Source: an uncultured archaeon (GTDB lineage: Archaea; Asgardarchaeota; Heimdallarchaeia; Heimdallarchaeales; Heimdallarchaeaceae). From it: 64,000 nt of DNA. Numbering within the stretch: position 1 is the first letter of the stretch; every line of letters starts with the position of its first letter. Below the pieces are notes generated by a model, which searched no databases, was not told the origin of the DNA, and saw only the letters and a list, made by a program, of their open reading frames with translations. A program made the position numbers and the translations under genes. Positions 59,593 to 64,000 of this stretch are shown here, piece by piece. The DNA lies in NCBI GenBank assembly GCA_964534625.1, contig CAZHRF010000007.1:32120-96119 (forward strand), in the 5' to 3' direction.

Positions 59593-60303
59593 ATGGTAGT
59601 CCAAGAGTATGTATTAGAAACAAGGAATTTGCATAAAATTTATGCTGAAGGAACATCAATGGAAGTGCATGCCCTAAAAGGGATAAATTTGCAAATTATG
59701 AAGGGTGAGATGGTTGCGATAATGGGTCCAAGTGGCTGCGGGAAAACCACGCTTCTTAATTTAATAGGGGGAATAGATTTCCCCTCGGAAGGCGAGATAC
59801 TAATTGATGGAAAGCAAATAAACAAATTATCAGATGAAGAAATGACGAAATTCCGTTTATTTAACATAGGGTATATTTTTCAATTGTTTAATTTATTTGA
59901 GTTTTTGACTGCACTAGAAAATAGTGTTCTGCCTTTATTACTCACAGAAACTAGCCGTTTTGAAGCTGAAGAAGAAGCAAAAATGATGTTAAGACAGTTA
60001 GGTTTAGGAGACAAAATAGATCATTTACCAAGTGAATTAAGTGGAGGAGAACAACAAAGAGTAGCTGTTTCAAGAGCATTGTTAATGAACCCAGCAATAA
60101 TTTTGGGTGATGAACCAACAGGTGATCTTGACAGAGATACAGCTACTGATATAATGAACCTCTTTATATCAATAAACGAAAATTACGATCAAACGATAAT
60201 ATGCGTGACACATAGCGAATACATTGCTAGCTTCTGCCATAGAATTGTACGAATACAAGATGGAATGATAATAGATCATGGATGGAGGAAGGATAAGCAA
60301 TGA
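59593..60303 (+). CDS. ABC transporter ATP-binding protein (LolD/MacB-like)
   Basis: [26 protein letters not shown] and VTH. Confidence 0.95.
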   Translation: MVVQEYVLETRNLHKIYAEGTSMEVHALKGINLQIMKGEMVAIMGPSGCGKTTLLNLIGGIDFPSEGEILIDGKQINKLSDEEMTKFRLFNIGYIFQLFNLFEFLTALENSVLPLLLTETSRFEAEEEAKMMLRQLGLGDKIDHLPSELSGGEQQRVAVSRALLMNPAIILGDEPTGDLDRDTATDIMNLFISINENYDQTIICVTHSEYIASFCHRIVRIQDGMIIDHGWRKDKQ

Positions 60304-62159
60304 GCAAAAAATATATAGATCCACACAAAATGCAAAATGCAACGCTTACAGTCAATGTTTTCATAAATAAATTAGAAAGAGAACGTCTAAATCGTTTTAA
60401 GAGAAATTTGAAAAAGCTGATACAAAAGGAATTGTCTGCTGTATCTGTGGAGATAAGTGAAATTAATACTTTCTTATTCGTAAGGTGTGAATTTCCATTC
60501 TTGGAAGCGTTTGACAAAGAAATACGATTAAATGCAGAAAAAAAGATCAAACAGTTAATCCTAGAATACAATAAGCAGGAAATAGATTTATACATCAAGA
60601 AAATTAGCAACAATATAGAAATTAAGGATATTAATAAAATCGTGTTATCAGTGATAGATACTGCAACCATTCCTGAATCAAAAATGTTACGAGAAGAAAT
60701 ACAAGGTAAGAGTGAACATATTGAAAACAGAGTAATTGAACATGTAAGCAATATTTTAAACAAAACGTTTGTTTTTACTTGGGATTTTACTGAATATCCT
60801 TCTATTGTAGTTTTACCCGGTTTATTTATTAAAAATGAAATAGATAAAGATTATCTTAATCTTAACTTGTTGACAGAGAACTTGGCGGTAGTTCAATTCG
60901 GATATGTGTGGAGAAAAGAAATGCTCAAAATGCTAAACACATTAAGTTTTGCTATTGAAAATCTTTCTATCATGTTTGCAAATGAAAAGATGTTAACGTT
61001 TTTAGAGAAGAACATGAATAAGGAGTTATGGAAAACACTAAGAGTAACTTTTGGGTTATTATCTGCAACTCAACAAACACTTGCTGATTTATTAAAAATT
61101 GTTACTAGAGTACAAGAATTATATCAAGAGCTGGTAGAAAAAGTAAAAAGTATCAATTTTGAACCGCTATATAAGTATCTCATTGAAATAGAATTACAAG
61201 AATGTTGTGAGAGCGATCAACAAATAATAGAGAAGATAAGACAGAATGTAAAGAATACAGATAAAATGATTCTTGATTTAATTAATAAATTTAGAGAGTT
61301 CGATAAAGAAAAAACAGGAGATATAACCTCGTTAATTCATGCATTTTCTTATGCTTTAGCAGAAATACAAGTAATTAAATTTTTTACCCAGCGATTTAGA
61401 GACATAGCGTTTTTTGAATCTCTCCCCCCTTCCGTTCTATTAGCTAACAATAAAACACTCGAAATGAATGAAAATGAGATAATTAAAGGTGTAGCGCTTT
61501 TCCGTTCCTATAAACTATTTGGATCAATAGTTTACGCTCTCAGAGGGGTGAATATGACAATACGGAAAGGAGAAATGGTGGCAATACTAGGGGCATCAGG
61601 ATCGGGAAAAACAACTCTGCTCAATCTTCTTTCCGGTCTAGATACTCCAGACAAGGGCGGTGTGTTCTTTAAAGGGGAGAATATTCACAAATTAAGCGAT
61701 AATGAAATCTCTCAAATAAGAAGAAAAGATGTAGGATTCATATTTCAGTATTATAATTTAATCCCGCAACTAACTGTAGTAGAAAATGTTATGTTACCTG
61801 GATTAATGATTGGAAGACAACAAAGAGAATTAAAGAGACATGCAATGAAACTTTTGAAGGATGTGGGTATAGCACGATTTGCGAATCAATTCCCCCTTAA
61901 ATTATCTGGAGGACAGATGCAACGAGTAACAATAGCAAGGGCTATGATTAATGATCCTGAACTACTATTTGCTGATGAACCAACGGGGGATTTAGATTCT
62001 ACGACAGGAACTGTTGTTGTAAAATTAATCAAAAAATTAAGCAAAGAAAAGAACATGGGTGTAGCATTTGTAACTCATGATATGAATATGGCGGAGATCT
62101 GTGACAGGATTGTATACCTACGAGATGGTAAAATTATAGAGAGAGAAAATCTGAAATGA
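60300..62159 (+). CDS. LolD-like ABC ATPase fused to a ~390-aa N-terminal domain of unknown function
   Basis: C-terminal [26 protein letters not shown] and VTHD; ATGA overlap with the upstream ATPase. Confidence 0.85.
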   Translation: MSKKYIDPHKMQNATLTVNVFINKLERERLNRFKRNLKKLIQKELSAVSVEISEINTFLFVRCEFPFLEAFDKEIRLNAEKKIKQLILEYNKQEIDLYIKKISNNIEIKDINKIVLSVIDTATIPESKMLREEIQGKSEHIENRVIEHVSNILNKTFVFTWDFTEYPSIVVLPGLFIKNEIDKDYLNLNLLTENLAVVQFGYVWRKEMLKMLNTLSFAIENLSIMFANEKMLTFLEKNMNKELWKTLRVTFGLLSATQQTLADLLKIVTRVQELYQELVEKVKSINFEPLYKYLIEIELQECCESDQQIIEKIRQNVKNTDKMILDLINKFREFDKEKTGDITSLIHAFSYALAEIQVIKFFTQRFRDIAFFESLPPSVLLANNKTLEMNENEIIKGVALFRSYKLFGSIVYALRGVNMTIRKGEMVAILGASGSGKTTLLNLLSGLDTPDKGGVFFKGENIHKLSDNEISQIRRKDVGFIFQYYNLIPQLTVVENVMLPGLMIGRQQRELKRHAMKLLKDVGIARFANQFPLKLSGGQMQRVTIARAMINDPELLFADEPTGDLDSTTGTVVVKLIKKLSKEKNMGVAFVTHDMNMAEICDRIVYLRDGKIIERENLK

Positions 62160-62377
62160 GCTGTTTTAAACTTCAATAAAAATAGAAAAAAGGAAGAAAA
62201 AAATAAAGGTTAATATTTTCTCTTATAGAGTGGGAGAAGAGAGAAAACTAACGGCGAGAGAAGAGGAAAGAGTAAGTTCGGGTACATACAGAACCAACAG
62301 TTACCGTAACTATAGAGTAAGGGAGTTTGTTATTTGATTACCAACAGATTTCTGGATCAAATTGCTTGGTATGGATA

Positions 62378-63910
62378 TCAAAGAAACCTAAACTCATAAT
62401 AAATATCGCTGCTCATACCACGTTTCTTTAGTTCCCTTTCTACGTCTAGTTTATCTTTGAGATGAAGATAAACTTTAGGAAAATTCCTTGTTTGTAAACT
62501 TATGCTTTTTAGATCTTTACATTTGTATAGATCGTCTTTAGAAATAAAGGTAATAAAATTATTCCCTAGTCCTAGATGCGATAAGTTAGTACATTTCCAT
62601 ACGTCTTTGGGAAAAACACTAAATAAATTATTTTTTATATATAAATGTGTTATAGTATCATTTTCTTCTAGACCTTGGAGGTCGTGTAAATGATTCCCAT
62701 CAAGATTAATTTTTTTTAATTTTGGAAAGTCGTGTAGTTTTTTGGGAAAAGAAGTAAAAAAATTCCCTCTGAGATCTAATTCAGTAAGGTTAGGCCATTT
62801 TTCAGGGGTTAGCGGTAATTGAGTTAAATGCATCTTTGGTAACCGTACACCTGCAAAATCAGCATACCAATTTACGTCGAACACTGTATTTTCCGTAAAA
62901 TAATAGATATCATGTTCGTTTAACCATCCACTCAAATTATGTCCTGGTTCGTCTTGTTTTTCAGTGGTCAATTTAAATTCTACGTTGGGATGATAATTGT
63001 TATACCCCCCTACACGAGAAAACCACGTATCATAATAATTTACATCGGTCGAGAGATAAAGATATTTTGTGTCTTCCTGTTTAGCCAGCAGTGTATGGGC
63101 TTGACTATATACTTTCCCATATTCTTTAATCAGTACAAATATGACAGATCCCTCTTTTTTATTATTCTCATTGGTGTCTTTATGGAATACGATATTCTTT
63201 AATTTATTTATGTCATGATTATAAATGTTCACTCCATATAACCTCGTATCCATCAGATTTAAAATCAAATCTACGGTATCATAGGTGCCAAATTTGCATA
63301 AATCCACCTGCAACGAATAGTTACAAAATAGTTCATTTTCCCATGTTTCCCTTGCATCTTGAAATTCAAATACACGATTGTCTTTATCTAACGGAATAAG
63401 TTCAATATTCTTATCCGTTGTCTTTAAAATTTCTGTATAAAGTGCATCAATAGGCGGGTTATCAATACTCTCATAGCTATCGGAATGAGAAATATAAAAA
63501 TCAAAGAACCTTTTCATGAGCCCCACATAAAAAAGCACATTATTAGTTCTTGAAAATATACTCGACCACTCTCGGTGGGAATCAATATAGTTCTTAACAC
63601 ACTCAATTATTTTTTCTTTACATAGCCGTACATCCGTTATTAATGAATCTTTGGGAAAGGTAAACAATAACCCGTATTTACTGGTCAAGGTAAATTTGTT
63701 TCCTGCGAGAAGCATATCCTCTATCTTATTGTCACACATGTAATGAATATCTATCTTATACTGGTCAAACAGTTCTTTAAGTGTATAGCGTATGTATCCT
63801 TTAAACATGTACAAGAACGTTTTACAATAATAGTGTAAGGGGATAAAAAATTCATATGTATCGTTTTTCTTATTCTTCCTAATCACTGCGTCTTTTCTTA
63901 TCCAACTCAT
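62378..63910 (-). CDS. Protein with C-terminal leucine-rich repeats
   Basis: LTELDLRGN, LKKINLDGN, ITHLYIKNN and LSHLGLGNN; likely start MSWIRK with GGTGA RBS (ORF track 63991). Confidence 0.82.
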   Translation of the reverse strand: MSWIRKDAVIRKNKKNDTYEFFIPLHYYCKTFLYMFKGYIRYTLKELFDQYKIDIHYMCDNKIEDMLLAGNKFTLTSKYGLLFTFPKDSLITDVRLCKEKIIECVKNYIDSHREWSSIFSRTNNVLFYVGLMKRFFDFYISHSDSYESIDNPPIDALYTEILKTTDKNIELIPLDKDNRVFEFQDARETWENELFCNYSLQVDLCKFGTYDTVDLILNLMDTRLYGVNIYNHDINKLKNIVFHKDTNENNKKEGSVIFVLIKEYGKVYSQAHTLLAKQEDTKYLYLSTDVNYYDTWFSRVGGYNNYHPNVEFKLTTEKQDEPGHNLSGWLNEHDIYYFTENTVFDVNWYADFAGVRLPKMHLTQLPLTPEKWPNLTELDLRGNFFTSFPKKLHDFPKLKKINLDGNHLHDLQGLEENDTITHLYIKNNLFSVFPKDVWKCTNLSHLGLGNNFITFISKDDLYKCKDLKSISLQTRNFPKVYLHLKDKLDVERELKKRGMSSDIYYEFRFL

Positions 63911-63914
63911 TTTT

Positions 63915-64000
63915 TCACCATATATATTTTTTACCTTGTTCTTCTTTTTCTGTTTCATTCCACCAATCATAATGTAATAACGAATACCCAATACCTGATA
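63915..64000 (-). CDS. C-terminal end of an upstream gene (partial)
   Basis: Open frame from the window edge, ...SGIGYSLLHYDWWNETEKEEQGKKYIW*, whose TGA sits inside the RBS of the LRR gene. Confidence 0.45.
   Translation of the reverse strand, partial: SGIGYSLLHYDWWNETEKEEQGKKYIW

Noticed and set aside
1-64000. tRNA, rRNA, SRP or RNase P genes
   Set aside because: No cloverleaf/T-loop or long GC-rich structured segment found in the intergenic regions by eye

Overview
AT-rich, gene-dense chromosomal segment of an archaeon, most likely an Asgard (Heimdallarchaeia-like) archaeon. The archaeal call rests on TFB, RpoP, SUI1/aIF1, type II MetAP, the archaeal/eukaryotic-type GlyRS, TATA-like promoters and GGTG ribosome-binding sites. 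The Asgard call rests on several eukaryotic-signature-like proteins: a Rab-like small GTPase, a Zn-ribbon+RING protein, Get3/TRC40 next to a TRAP-beta-like protein, an OST5/TMEM258-like protein, an NPRL2/3-like longin-wHTH protein and an LRR protein. Housekeeping blocks are porCDAB, pyrD-K-C-F/pyrE, glpK, several peptidases, three DegV paralogues and a TetR-regulated MacB/LolCDE-type ABC system. An internally deleted IS200/IS605 (TnpB-only) element and a solo right-end relic are also present. Highlights not in the ORF track: (1) a well-formed double-guide box C/D sRNA at 36886-36967 (-) with co-varied AUGAUUA/AUGA boxes and guides resembling tRNA-Asp/His anticodon arms; (2) a 285-aa orphan whose whole length parallels the kinetochore protein CENP-N/Chl4; (3) a class II (bacterial/eukaryotic-type) CCA-adding enzyme; (4) a RING gene that appears to start at ATA; (5) the unannotated rpoP gene. 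Homology calls are by eye against remembered family motifs, and no searches were run. No tRNA, rRNA or CRISPR array was seen.
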